Source: Flavobacteriales bacterium UBA7690 (GTDB taxonomy: Bacteria > Bacteroidota > Bacteroidia > Flavobacteriales_F > PHOS-HE28). Taken from it: DNA of 64,000 nt. The stretch is from contig DLGQ01000039.1 in NCBI GenBank assembly GCA_002482775.1, positions 66,182 through 130,181 on the forward strand, written 5' to 3'. Position numbers and translations under genes: made by a program. Positions 18,514 to 28,012 of this stretch are shown here, piece after piece. The notes beneath the pieces were generated by a model. It saw only the letters and a list, made by a program, of their open reading frames with translations. It did no database searches and was not told where the DNA came from. Numbering within the stretch: position 1 is the stretch's first letter; each line of letters starts with the position of its first letter.

Positions 18514-21500
18514 TCAACGAAGCACGGTGACGTGGCCTCGCGTGGTGACCAGCGTATTGTTCGCGTTGCAACGATCCTGGTAGGTGACCGTGTAGATGTA
18601 AACACCGTCCGGGACAGGTTTGCCGCCTGATGTCCCATCCCAGTATTTGTACGGATCAACGGACCGGTAGATCTCTTCTCCCCAACGATCGAAGAGTACC
18701 ATCTCGAAGGTGCCCGCTTCCGCACCGTAGACCAGGAATTCCTCGTTCAGGTCATCTTCGTTCGGTGTGAACGCGTTGGGGATATGGATGGAACCGTCGC
18801 TATCATCCATCCAGCGGATGGTCACGAAATCGGCATGCTCACAGCCGTAGATGTCCGTGGCCTCATAGCCGTAATTGCCTTCGCCCACGGTGATCGCATC
18901 AACCGTATCGCCCGTGGTCCAGCGCACTTCCACCAGATCACCAACGGGATCCAAGGTCACCTTCTGGGCCGCACAAAGTTCAACGTCCGCCAAAGGCTCC
19001 ACCGGGACCGCGAAGTTGAGTTGCACGGTATCCGATACCACACCACAGTAGTTCGTGATCACCGCGATGTACTGCCCGGTGCGTTCTGCCACATAGGTGC
19101 GCCCGACCGAGCCATCCTGCCAAACAGCATCGTTGCCTTGGAAACCTGCATCGAGCGTGTAGGACGAGACCGTACAGAGCGTGAGGTCCGCTCCTAGATC
19201 GAACGCCACCAACTGGTCGTAGTCCACTTCCACCGTATCGCGATCCGTGCAACCATCCACCACCGCCGTGATCCAATACTGCCCCGGGGCCGTTACGATG
19301 AATACCGGATCCGTACTACCATCCTGCCAGGTCAACGTTGCGCCGACGGAACTCAGGTCCAGCACCAGGGAATCCGTTCCGCAGATGGTGGTATCCGGAC
19401 CTAGCCCGAATTGCAGTGGTTCCACGAAGGTGGCCACGACCTCATCCGCGTCCGTACCACAGGCGTTGGTCACCGTGATCGAATAGGTTCCATCCATTTC
19501 TACAACGAGCGTTGGTGCATCACTTCCATCGGACCAGATCAGTTCATCCGCATCCACTAGCACAGGCTCCAACTCCAGTACTTCACCGCTGCAGATCGTG
19601 GTATCATTGGGCAAGGTCACTTGCGGCGCGAACCGCTCGTCAACCACGATGGTGTCGCTCACCGTGCAACCGGAACGTTCGGCGTCCACCCAGAATTCAC
19701 CGGCACCGGTAACAACGAATGTCGAAGCACTGCTTCCATCGGACCACGTCAAGGTCCAATCCGAAAGGTCCACGTTGAGTTCCAGGGTGGCATCACTACA
19801 GATGATGGTATCCGGCCCCAGATCGATCGTCTGGCCCTCGACCAGATCCACAACGATGGCATCACTTACTGTTCCGCACGCATTGGTGACATCCAACGTG
19901 TAGGTCCCTGATGTTGCAACGGTGAGCGTCGGGTCCGTTGAACCGCCCGTCCACAGATACGAATCAACGTATTCCACCACGGCGATCAGTTCGATCGGAT
20001 CCCCAGTGCAGGAAACGGTATCGGCACCCAGCGAAACCGTCGGGAGGTTCGCCGTTGTGACCTCGATGGTATCCTGCGCAGAGCAACCACCGTCGACCAC
20101 TTCCACCCAATAGGTCCCAGCAGCGTCAATGGTCAGCGTAGGATCGGTACTTCCATCGGACCATTCGAAGGTCCACGTACCGGTGAGCGTTTCCAAGGTG
20201 AGTTCCTGGCCTTCGCACAACGCGGTATCGGGCCCCAGGTCGATACCGTCGATCTCGCCAGCAGAGACCACGATGGTATCGGACCCGATGCAGCAACCCA
20301 GGTTGACACGCACCCAATAGGTGCCGCTCGCGCTCACATCCAAGGTCTGTGCAGTGCTCCCATCCTGCCACTCGTAGGTGGCATTCGGTATCCCTGCATC
20401 GAGCGTTAGCGTTCCACATACCGACGTATCGTTCCCGAGGGCGACATCCACTTCGCACAGGTCGGCGATACCAGCGTCCACGGCTATCGGCGCGCTCTGA
20501 TCGGTCGCCACAGGGAATGGGAACAATAACGCAGCCGTGGGGAAATTGACCGTGGGGAGCACGGTGGTGATCGCGTTGCGATCGGAGACCACATCACAGG
20601 TGATCTGGCCGTCAACATCGGTCCGTATCAACAAGAGGTCGAGATCACCACCCCCTTGATCGACCATGCCGGTGAGCAGGTAACCATCACCAACATCCGA
20701 TACGTTGTAACCATAGAAGTCCACCAACGAATGCGCTTGGACAGGGTCTCCGTAAGAGCGGCACCAAAGCATGGTACCGGAATTGGAGATGCCCATGAGG
20801 AACAACTTATTGGGTGCCGAGGTGCTGGTGCGGCCCGCAACCACGTAACCAAAAGAGGTCGGCAGCACACGCGTGCTATGCTCCTGGCCGCTCCCGCCCA
20901 CGTTGAAGTCCCTCGCCCAAGCGATATTGCCCAAGGTGTCGCACCGGATCAACCCGGTAGACCATGTGTTCGATGAACCGTTGATATCCCCGTAGTAGGC
21001 GATGGTGAGCGAATCATCCTTCACCACGATATCCGTGGGGTAGACACGACGGTCCTGGAAGTCGGAGAACACCAAGTACTTGTTGTCCACGTAGGTACCC
21101 GTGAGATCATAGGTGGACAGGCCCACTCTGCGGCCCGAAAGTGGCGCACCTACCACCGACATGCCAGCAACGGTGTAATACAGGTCGTTCAGCCGGACAG
21201 CTCCACGCACCTCGTCGATATAGGAGTTGGGAGAGTAGAGGTCGTAGCGGTCCGAAAGCCCGATCAGATCACCGGTAGCCGCATCGATGCGTGCGTTCAT
21301 CACATCGCTATACGTGAAGGGGAAGGGTTCGGAAATGCCCCCGAAAACGATGTACTCGCCTGCGTTCAATACCAGGATCCGACGCTCGTACATGGATGGG
21401 TTGTCCCAGGAACGCAACCAGAGGAGATTCCCTGCGGCGTCCATCCGGAAATGGAATCCTTCCACTTGTTGCTGTGTGCCATCGAGACCCGATCCGCATC

Positions 21501-21792
21501 CGATGAGATCACCTTCCGGGGTATCCGTTAGATGATACACCACCTTCGGCCATTGCCCTGCGGGGCGGAAAGCACGCGACCAAAGCACCGTTCCGTCGCC
21601 ATCGATCCGTTGGACCAACGCACTGTCATTGACGCTTCCTGCGATGTAGATGCCGCCCGTGGCGGAGACGTGTGAGACGAAACCCGCCTCCGCACGGCCC
21701 GGTTCACCGATCACTTTCAGGAATGTCTGGCCGTAGCTCGAGGAGAGCACGCCCAGCGAACAGTATAAGATCAAGAGGGAACGCCACACCAT
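18514..21792 (-). CDS. large secreted protein with T9SS type-B (gliding-motility-associated) C-terminal sorting domain
   Basis: Signal peptide MVWRSLLILYCSLGVLSSSYGQ. C-terminal 91 aa: IPNAFTPNEDDLNEEF...FDRWGEEIY...WDG...PDGVYIYTV...GHVTVLR. Eight internal Cys-containing modules. Confidence 0.85.
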   Translation of the reverse strand: MVWRSLLILYCSLGVLSSSYGQTFLKVIGEPGRAEAGFVSHVSATGGIYIAGSVNDSALVQRIDGDGTVLWSRAFRPAGQWPKVVYHLTDTPEGDLIGCGSGLDGTQQQVEGFHFRMDAAGNLLWLRSWDNPSMYERRILVLNAGEYIVFGGISEPFPFTYSDVMNARIDAATGDLIGLSDRYDLYSPNSYIDEVRGAVRLNDLYYTVAGMSVVGAPLSGRRVGLSTYDLTGTYVDNKYLVFSDFQDRRVYPTDIVVKDDSLTIAYYGDINGSSNTWSTGLIRCDTLGNIAWARDFNVGGSGQEHSTRVLPTSFGYVVAGRTSTSAPNKLFLMGISNSGTMLWCRSYGDPVQAHSLVDFYGYNVSDVGDGYLLTGMVDQGGGDLDLLLIRTDVDGQITCDVVSDRNAITTVLPTVNFPTAALLFPFPVATDQSAPIAVDAGIADLCEVDVALGNDTSVCGTLTLDAGIPNATYEWQDGSTAQTLDVSASGTYWVRVNLGCCIGSDTIVVSAGEIDGIDLGPDTALCEGQELTLETLTGTWTFEWSDGSTDPTLTIDAAGTYWVEVVDGGCSAQDTIEVTTANLPTVSLGADTVSCTGDPIELIAVVEYVDSYLWTGGSTDPTLTVATSGTYTLDVTNACGTVSDAIVVDLVEGQTIDLGPDTIICSDATLELNVDLSDWTLTWSDGSSASTFVVTGAGEFWVDAERSGCTVSDTIVVDERFAPQVTLPNDTTICSGEVLELEPVLVDADELIWSDGSDAPTLVVEMDGTYSITVTNACGTDADEVVATFVEPLQFGLGPDTTICGTDSLVLDLSSVGATLTWQDGSTDPVFIVTAPGQYWITAVVDGCTDRDTVEVDYDQLVAFDLGADLTLCTVSSYTLDAGFQGNDAVWQDGSVGRTYVAERTGQYIAVITNYCGVVSDTVQLNFAVPVEPLADVELCAAQKVTLDPVGDLVEVRWTTGDTVDAITVGEGNYGYEATDIYGCEHADFVTIRWMDDSDGSIHIPNAFTPNEDDLNEEFLVYGAEAGTFEMVLFDRWGEEIYRSVDPYKYWDGTSGGKPVPDGVYIYTVTYQDRCNANNTLVTTRGHVTVLR
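18811..20454 (-). repeat. eight tandem ~68-70-aa coding modules inside the T9SS cargo
   Basis: The pattern LG.DT..C....L.L......W.DGS....L.V...G.Y.V.V....C...D.I.V recurs 8 times between residues 447 and 994. The repeat is at protein level; the DNA copies are diverged. Confidence 0.7.
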
Positions 21793-21796
21793 GGGA

Positions 21797-22417
21797 TCAA
21801 ACTACGCTGTTCTTGTTGAAGATGTCTCGACCATCATGGCATTGCAACTTGGCATCCAAGATGGAATGGATGATGTAAAGGTGCAGGATCTCCACCAGCC
21901 CATAACTGCTGCTGGCCACATGGAAGTTGATATCACCCTGTGAGCGAAGGGGGTTAGCGGGGTCGAAGCCACTGAAGGTGACCAGTCGGCACCCCGCCGT
22001 GCGGGCGGCTTTGGCGGCGTTCAGGATGTTGGGCGAAGCCCCGCTGCTGCTGATGGCGAAGACGATATCCTCCGGATCCGCGAATCGATCGATGGGGGCC
22101 GAAAAGAGGTTCTCGAAGCCCAGGTCGTTACCGATGCAGGTGAGCAAACTAGCATCGTTGAAGGCGATGGCGCGCACGCCGCCGTTCTTCCAATAGTCCA
22201 CGGCCTGGTGGCTGGCGATGCCCGCGCTGCCGCCGTTGCCCACCATGATGACCTTGCGGCCCGCTGCTTGGGTGATGCGCACCAGTTCCACCGCATGCTC
22301 GATGGCCTTCACATAAGCAAGCTCGCCGTTGGCGTTGCTCGCGCTGATGCCATCGATGAGGCCGTGCATGGCACCGGTGTAGCGGGAGAGGAATTCAGGG
22401 ACGGTGGGCGAGCTCAT
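21797..22417 (-). CDS. gmhA: SIS-domain phosphoheptose isomerase (D-sedoheptulose-7-phosphate isomerase)
   Basis: GNGGSAGIASHQAVDY, ISSSGASPNILNAAKAAR. 4-nt overlap with the heptose kinase/nucleotidyltransferase gene. Confidence 0.8.
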   Translation of the reverse strand: MSSPTVPEFLSRYTGAMHGLIDGISASNANGELAYVKAIEHAVELVRITQAAGRKVIMVGNGGSAGIASHQAVDYWKNGGVRAIAFNDASLLTCIGNDLGFENLFSAPIDRFADPEDIVFAISSSGASPNILNAAKAARTAGCRLVTFSGFDPANPLRSQGDINFHVASSSYGLVEILHLYIIHSILDAKLQCHDGRDIFNKNSVV

Positions 22418-23928
22418 TTCAACAGGTGCTTCACGAATTTCAACAGGTCTTTCTTGTACACCGGATGTTCGTTCCCGATGATCTCGACGGCGAGCGAGCC
22501 CGTACAGTTGCCCACGAAGCCGATCACCGCCGGGTCCATGCCCGCTTTGGCACAGAGCGCCGTAACACTGAGCACAGCATCACCGGCACCCACACTGTCC
22601 TTTATGCGTGTGGCGAAAGCTGGCGTTAACGACTGGGACTTTCCGCGCCGGTAAATACTGCCCTTCTGCCCCAAGGTGATCTGCACCTCGTTGGCGTGCG
22701 TGATCTCCTGCAGCTTGTCGATCAGCCCATCCAGCGGTTCTCGCTTCGCACCGAACGGAAGGCGCAACTCCGCCTCGTCGATGCTGATGTAATCCACACG
22801 GCCGTATTTGGTGATGTAGTTGAAGCCGTAGTTGTTGCTGTTCGTCTGCGCGTTCACCACCAGGTACTTCCCGCTCTTCTGCAGCAGATCGATGATGGCA
22901 GGGCTCATCACGCCGTGGCCGAAGTCGGCGACGAGGACGAGGTCGCAGGCCGGTAACTTCTTCTCCAGTTCTGCGATGATCGATGCTTCCAACGCGCCGC
23001 TCACGGGCTCGTCGTTCATGAAGGTGACCTCGAAGAGCTTGATGCTGAGGTAGTGGTCCAGGTAGCGGCGCTTGATCGGCGTGGGGCCATCCGGACGAAC
23101 GAAATAGGTGCGCTTGATCGCCGGGCTCAGTTTCTCCTCGATCATCTCCCGGCGTTCATCCTTCGCGCCGAGGCAGGTGATCAGGTCCACGCTTCCGGCG
23201 AACTGTTCGAGGTGATTGGCGATGGCGAGCACACCACCGGCGTACGCCTCTTCACGCAACAGGATGCTGCTGATGGTGGGCGATTTGCTGCTCTTACCTA
23301 GCGGGCGGCAATAGTGGTACTCGTCGATGATGGTATCACCGATCACCAGCACGTTCAATTTCTTAAGCGACTCCAGGTCTGCCACGATGGTGTCGGCATC
23401 GAACCGTTTGCGGAAACCAGCGAGGAAGCTCTGCACACTGTCATCCAACGGACTGAAGTGCGCGTTGATCAGCGTGCTGCTGCTGAACTGGATCTCTTCG
23501 GTGAAGTGGAGCTTCCCTCCTACTTCGATCGCGGCGGCTTCCTCTTTTGCGATCATGCCCGTCACGTCCTTCGACCGGTCCTTGTAATCCTGGCCCTTCA
23601 CGTAAAGGTCGGGCTTCAACAGCTTGATGGTCTCGATCGCTGTTTCCCACTTGTTCAGGCCCACGTAGTCCACCGCACCAAGTGCGGCGATCGCTTCCAT
23701 GCGCAAGGTCTCGGTGAATACCGGGCGGCCCGGGCCTTTGTTCACGAAACGATCCGGAGTGACCGTGACGATCAACACATCGGCATCCTTCTTAGCGGCC
23801 TCGAAGTGTTTCATGTGGCCGAGGTGCAACAGATCGAAACAGCCGTGGCACAACGCCACGCGCTTGCCTTCGGCCTTGTGCTTCGCGATCACCGAAGCCA
23901 ATTCGTCGAGTGGAAGGATCTTGCTCAT
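22414..23928 (-). CDS. bifunctional heptose-1-phosphate nucleotidyltransferase / heptose-7-phosphate kinase, domain order reversed relative to E. coli HldE
   Basis: N-terminal CHGCFDLLHLGHMKHF...VTPD...KG.GRP... is a cytidylyl/adenylyltransferase (RfaE domain II-like). C-terminal VLVIGDTIIDEYHY... and DSVGAGDA are a PfkB kinase (RfaE domain I-like). Confidence 0.8.
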   Translation of the reverse strand: MSKILPLDELASVIAKHKAEGKRVALCHGCFDLLHLGHMKHFEAAKKDADVLIVTVTPDRFVNKGPGRPVFTETLRMEAIAALGAVDYVGLNKWETAIETIKLLKPDLYVKGQDYKDRSKDVTGMIAKEEAAAIEVGGKLHFTEEIQFSSSTLINAHFSPLDDSVQSFLAGFRKRFDADTIVADLESLKKLNVLVIGDTIIDEYHYCRPLGKSSKSPTISSILLREEAYAGGVLAIANHLEQFAGSVDLITCLGAKDERREMIEEKLSPAIKRTYFVRPDGPTPIKRRYLDHYLSIKLFEVTFMNDEPVSGALEASIIAELEKKLPACDLVLVADFGHGVMSPAIIDLLQKSGKYLVVNAQTNSNNYGFNYITKYGRVDYISIDEAELRLPFGAKREPLDGLIDKLQEITHANEVQITLGQKGSIYRRGKSQSLTPAFATRIKDSVGAGDAVLSVTALCAKAGMDPAVIGFVGNCTGSLAVEIIGNEHPVYKKDLLKFVKHLLK

Positions 23929-24055
23929 GAGGAATGGAACGCTGATGACGCTGAAGAGCGCAGATCAAAATATGATAATACCAGATCATCCATGCTCCTC
24001 AGCCCCATTCTCATATCAGCATTCATCATACCTATCAGCGTCATCTGCGTGCCCA

Positions 24056-25042
24056 TCAACCGAGGTATTTGAACCAATCCTTCGTTGCTTCTTCAATGCT
24101 GTTCGGCTCCCACACCGGAGCTTCGCGCCAGTAGTCGATGTTCGCGAGCATGGTCTTCACGCCATCCTCGAACTTCACCTTTGGTCGCCAGCCGAGCACT
24201 TCCTGTATCCGCTTGGTATCCGCAAAGGTCTGGTCCGGTTCGCCGGGACGTTTGGGGATATACACCTTCTCTCCCCCGAGCAGGTCGCACAAGAGGTTCA
24301 CGCTGTACGTGCTGCCGCTGCCGACGTTGAAGATGCGACCGGCCACATCATCGCGTTCACTTGCCGCGACACATGCATCGGCCACATCGCTCACGAAGGT
24401 GAAGTCGCGCGTTTGCTGGCCATCACCCACCACGGTGAATGGTTTGCCGGCGAGCTTCTGCGCAAGGAACACACCGAATACCGCACCGTAGGTGCCACTG
24501 GTGCGCGAGCGCGGACCGTACACGTTGAAGAAGCGCATGCTGGTGATGTTCATCTTGTACACGCTGGCCCAGTACATGGCGTATTCTTCTCCCAAGTACT
24601 TCGTGACGGCGTAAGGATATTGGCAACGGATCGGCGCGACCTCTGGCGTTGGATACACATCAGGGATGCCATAGCAGCTTGAAGAGGCCGCGTAGATCAC
24701 GCGCTTTACGCCGTGCTTGCGACACGCTTCCAACACGCTGACCGTTCCGTTCACATTGGAGTGATGGTATTTCAATGGCTGCTCGATGCTAGGGACGATG
24801 TCCGCCAATGCCGCGAGGTGGTAAACCCGTTCGATGCCGAGGAACAACGGTTCGATGCGCGCGTGATCGGCGATGTCGGCGATGTGGACGTGCAACTGTT
24901 CGTTGTCTTTCAGGTGGTCCAGGTTGCGCGCATGGCCGCTGCTGAGGTTGTCGATCACATGCACCTCATGGCCATCGTGCAACAGCCTTTCCACCAACCA
25001 ACTTCCGATGAAGCCGCAGCCTCCTGTCACCAACGTTCTCAT
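24056..25042 (-). CDS. NAD-dependent sugar epimerase/dehydratase (extended SDR)
   Basis: MRTLVTGGCGFIGSWL (GxxGxxG) and YAVTKYLGE (YxxxK). ATG at 25042 overlaps the upstream stop (ATGA). The 450-aa ORF in the track is an upstream extension without support. Confidence 0.85.
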   Translation of the reverse strand: MRTLVTGGCGFIGSWLVERLLHDGHEVHVIDNLSSGHARNLDHLKDNEQLHVHIADIADHARIEPLFLGIERVYHLAALADIVPSIEQPLKYHHSNVNGTVSVLEACRKHGVKRVIYAASSSCYGIPDVYPTPEVAPIRCQYPYAVTKYLGEEYAMYWASVYKMNITSMRFFNVYGPRSRTSGTYGAVFGVFLAQKLAGKPFTVVGDGQQTRDFTFVSDVADACVAASERDDVAGRIFNVGSGSTYSVNLLCDLLGGEKVYIPKRPGEPDQTFADTKRIQEVLGWRPKVKFEDGVKTMLANIDYWREAPVWEPNSIEEATKDWFKYLG

Positions 25043-26070
25043 GCCTTGCCTTTCAATTTCTTCAGGGTCCGTTTGAATCCGCCGCCGGTGATGGTGTCCA
25101 CATCCACCACGGCTTGGTCGAGCTTCTGTTTCCAGGTGCGTGTGCGCGATGCGATCACTTCCGGCAAAGCCTTCCGCCAAATGCGCGGGATGCCATGCAG
25201 TTCCACATCGTTGATGATGTGCGCGCGGAACTCCAGATCGAAACCGTTCGACCCGAGGTGTTGTTCCACATTGAAGGTGTCCGTCGGTTTCCACGTGTAG
25301 GCGTGGTCGCGGATGTAGAGCGCGCCGCCGGGTTTCAGCACGCGGTGGAATTCGCCCAACATGTGCCGTACGAGGCGGCTGTTCAGCTCCGGCAACACCT
25401 GCACACACATCACAAGATCCACGGACCCATCGGGGACCAGATCACTGCGCCACGTGGGGACGTGCTGGATGCCGGGCTTGGGCTGGAAGGTGAACGTGGA
25501 TGGTGCGTCGATGTAATCCGCGAACGGCACGCCCAGCCCGTTGTAGTACAGGTGCTGCAAGCAGTACGAGTTCACGATCGCGTCCATGCCGATGTAGCAA
25601 ATGTCCGGATCCTGCGTGGTCCACAGGTTCGCTTGGCGCCCATAACCCGCTCCGAAGTCCAATACCGTTCGGATGCGTGCGCGCTCGGGTACGGGGTACG
25701 ACTGCGGGAGCAAATGGTCGTGCGCGTTGTTCAACCCTACCCGCTTGTCGTAAACGGACGTATCCAATTCCAAACCGAGGGATCGTGTGATGCGTTCATC
25801 ATTGGCACGGCTGGCGTCCACCAACTTGGTGATGCGGTCGTCGTTGATGTAATCGGGATAATCCGTGCGGAACCAACTCATCCACTTCAACAGGTCCGGT
25901 GCGCCGCCAAAGGTGAAGAAGTCGCTGACCACGCCATCCTCGTACATGCGCTTGCGCTTCTTCAAGCCCTCTTGATAGTCCCAACGCGTCATCCATTCCG
26001 GCGCACGATCACGATCACGCGACAAGGCATCGTTGAACCGTTGTTGCAGGGCGAGTTCCTCCGGCCGCAT
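25039..26070 (-). CDS. class I SAM-dependent methyltransferase
   Basis: VLDFGAGYGRQ (motif I), LKPGGALYIRD. Start at MRPEEL (26070) shares one nt with the upstream stop (TGATG). Confidence 0.7.
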   Translation of the reverse strand: MRPEELALQQRFNDALSRDRDRAPEWMTRWDYQEGLKKRKRMYEDGVVSDFFTFGGAPDLLKWMSWFRTDYPDYINDDRITKLVDASRANDERITRSLGLELDTSVYDKRVGLNNAHDHLLPQSYPVPERARIRTVLDFGAGYGRQANLWTTQDPDICYIGMDAIVNSYCLQHLYYNGLGVPFADYIDAPSTFTFQPKPGIQHVPTWRSDLVPDGSVDLVMCVQVLPELNSRLVRHMLGEFHRVLKPGGALYIRDHAYTWKPTDTFNVEQHLGSNGFDLEFRAHIINDVELHGIPRIWRKALPEVIASRTRTWKQKLDQAVVDVDTITGGGFKRTLKKLKGKA

Positions 26071-26885
26071 CAGTTCTTGTCGGTGGTGATGCGTACGCTG
26101 AAGGTCTTGGTGGGCCAACCCACTTCGGGGTAGCTGGCCTTCACGGCTTCCGGCAGGTAAACGGCACAGAGCGTGTTGCTCACGTGGTAGATCCGCTTGC
26201 GGTGCTCGTCGCTGGGCGCACCGTCCAAGATGCCGCGGAACACCTGCCAGTTCGGCTTTTCGTAGCCTAATCCGTAGTCATGCCAAACGATGATCGACTT
26301 CTCGTCCTTCAAGAGGGTGAACGCATTGCGCGTGTCGATGGTGACGCCGGGGTACTGATGATCGGCATCCACGAAGATCATGTCGCAGGTGCCTTTCAAT
26401 GCGGAGAAGTCGTAGGTCTGTGTGTTGTGCTCGATCAGCCGCAGGTTGGGCAGGCCTTTGCTGTAGAGGTGCGCTGCGCGAACGGCTGCATCGGGAGCAC
26501 CGATCTTCTTCATCTCGGCCGGACCGAAGCTCATCGCGATCACCTCTTTCACCAAGGGGGAAACGTTAGCGAGGCTCTCACCGCGCCACGAGCCGAACTC
26601 GATGTAACGGCCTTGTGGGAACCGTTTCGCCAAGGCGCGCAGCAACGCGAAGTCGGTCACGCGACTGGTGCCGTCCAAGTAGGTGTAGTGCGTGATCGTA
26701 TCATCCAGACCGGGCGCGATGTCACGGATGTCCACCGTGGGCAAACCCTTGGCAAGTCCGTACTTCTTGATCACGTGATCGCGGCAATCCTCTTCCATGG
26801 TGAAGTGGAAAAGGCCTTTCAGCACACGCTTCGGTTGCGTGAGACAGAGTCGCAGGAAAGGGCCTGCCAGATGCCAGTTGCCCAT
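26070..26885 (-). CDS. class I SAM-dependent methyltransferase (Methyltransf_24-like)
   Basis: YIEFGSWRGES and MIFVDADHQYPGV resemble the macrocin-O-methyltransferase/Methyltransf_24 pattern. Confidence 0.6.
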   Translation of the reverse strand: MGNWHLAGPFLRLCLTQPKRVLKGLFHFTMEEDCRDHVIKKYGLAKGLPTVDIRDIAPGLDDTITHYTYLDGTSRVTDFALLRALAKRFPQGRYIEFGSWRGESLANVSPLVKEVIAMSFGPAEMKKIGAPDAAVRAAHLYSKGLPNLRLIEHNTQTYDFSALKGTCDMIFVDADHQYPGVTIDTRNAFTLLKDEKSIIVWHDYGLGYEKPNWQVFRGILDGAPSDEHRKRIYHVSNTLCAVYLPEAVKASYPEVGWPTKTFSVRITTDKN

Positions 26886-28012
26886 CAGTGCGCGCCGGAA
26901 TAAAAGGTCTTGATCGCATCGATCACGTACTGCACTTGCTCGTCGCTCAATTCGGCGAAGACCGGCAAACTGAGGATCGTGGCGCTTTGCTTCTCCGTCA
27001 CCGGGAAGTCGCCTTTCTTGTGGCCGAGATACGCTGCCGCTTGTTGCAAATGGATCGGCACCGGGTAATGGATCTTGGTGTCGATGCCGCGATCGGCCAG
27101 GAATTGCTTCAGCGCATCGCGTTGTGCGGTCTGTACGATGAACGTGTGGTACACCGCGCGCTCACCGTTGCGATCGTTCGGGACCAACAGGTCACCGGTG
27201 GCGGACAGGCCTAGTTGGTACATCGCCGCGATAGCGCGTCGTCGTTCGGTCCAGCGTGGAAGCTCGCGCATCTTCACGTTGAGGATCGCCGCCTGCATGT
27301 TGTCCAAGCGCGAGTTGTAGCTGAAGAAATCACTGTGATCGCGGTCGCGCATGCCGTGGTTGCGGGCCTTCGACAAGTGCGCGGCAACTGCATCATCGTT
27401 CGTGGTGATCACGCCGCCATCACCGGCAGCGGCCAGGTTCTTCAACGGATGAAGGCTGAAACAACCCGTGGTACCGAAGGATCCGACGTGCTGTCCGTTC
27501 AAGGTGGCACCGATGGCCTGCGCACAATCCTCGATCACGTGCAACCCATGTTCTTTTGCGATGGCCAACAGTTCCACCATCCGCACTGGACGACCGGTGA
27601 GGTGTACGGCGATGATCGCCTTGGTGCGTGACGTGATCGCTTTGCGTACCGCGGCTGGATCGATGTTCATGTCATCCAGCGGATCCGCGAAGACCGGCGT
27701 TGCGCGTGCCAATGCGATGCTGCTGGCGCTGGCGAGGTAGGAGTTCGGTGCGGTGATCACCTCGTCGCCTTCGCCGATGCCGAGCGCCATCATGCTCAGG
27801 AACAACGCGTCCGTGCCGTTTGCGACACCGATCGCGTACTTCGTACCGCAGAGCTGCGCGAAGTTCTTCTCGAAGGTGGCCAGCTCTTCGCCCATGATGA
27901 AGGCGCCACTGTCCAGCAACGCGCCAATGCGGTCCAGCACTTCCTGCTTGATCCCATTGTACTGCGCACCGAGGTCCACGTACGGGACTTTCATGATCGT
28001 CATCACCGCCAT
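26885..28012 (-). CDS. DegT/DnrJ/EryC1/StrS-family PLP-dependent sugar aminotransferase
   Basis: VPYVDLGAQY...GEELATFEKNFAQLCGTKYAIGVANGTDALFL. Typical length of 375 aa. Confidence 0.9.
   Translation of the reverse strand: MAVMTIMKVPYVDLGAQYNGIKQEVLDRIGALLDSGAFIMGEELATFEKNFAQLCGTKYAIGVANGTDALFLSMMALGIGEGDEVITAPNSYLASASSIALARATPVFADPLDDMNIDPAAVRKAITSRTKAIIAVHLTGRPVRMVELLAIAKEHGLHVIEDCAQAIGATLNGQHVGSFGTTGCFSLHPLKNLAAAGDGGVITTNDDAVAAHLSKARNHGMRDRDHSDFFSYNSRLDNMQAAILNVKMRELPRWTERRRAIAAMYQLGLSATGDLLVPNDRNGERAVYHTFIVQTAQRDALKQFLADRGIDTKIHYPVPIHLQQAAAYLGHKKGDFPVTEKQSATILSLPVFAELSDEQVQYVIDAIKTFYSGAH

Noticed and set aside
18511-18516. TGATCA, in which two convergent genes (DUF2147 and the T9SS cargo) place their stop codons back to back with zero spacing. 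Similar tight convergent ends occur at 8398..8431 (34-nt overlap) and 12092..12098 (7-nt overlap).
   Set aside because: It is real in the sequence, but compact convergent termini are common in dense bacterial genomes, and I see no added structure suggesting a special function.
23929-24055. AT-richer 127-nt gap before the hldE-like gene, examined for a Bacteroidota TAnnTTTG -7 promoter box
   Set aside because: The only candidate is a near-match (CATATTTTG on the minus strand, 23966..23974) that is one T short of the consensus. That is not enough to call a promoter.
25043-25408. N-terminal 122-codon extension of the SDR ORF (the track gives 24056..25408). Similar extensions exist for 28012..29265, 30677..32083, 33553..35052 and 48581..49498.
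   Set aside because: The Rossmann GxxGxxG or other family N-termini begin at internal start codons that overlap the upstream gene's stop (ATGA/GTGA). The extensions are Arg/His/Pro-rich and would overlap the preceding gene extensively.
25114-26133. 339-aa plus-strand ORF. Similar long shadow frames occur at 2679..3713, 8368..9435, 29013..30116, 43123..44304, 15310..16188, 36850..37737 and 56560..57345.
   Set aside because: Each is antisense to a gene with recognisable family motifs and operon-consistent start/stop overlaps. Their compositions are Arg/His/Gly/Pro-rich and motif-free.
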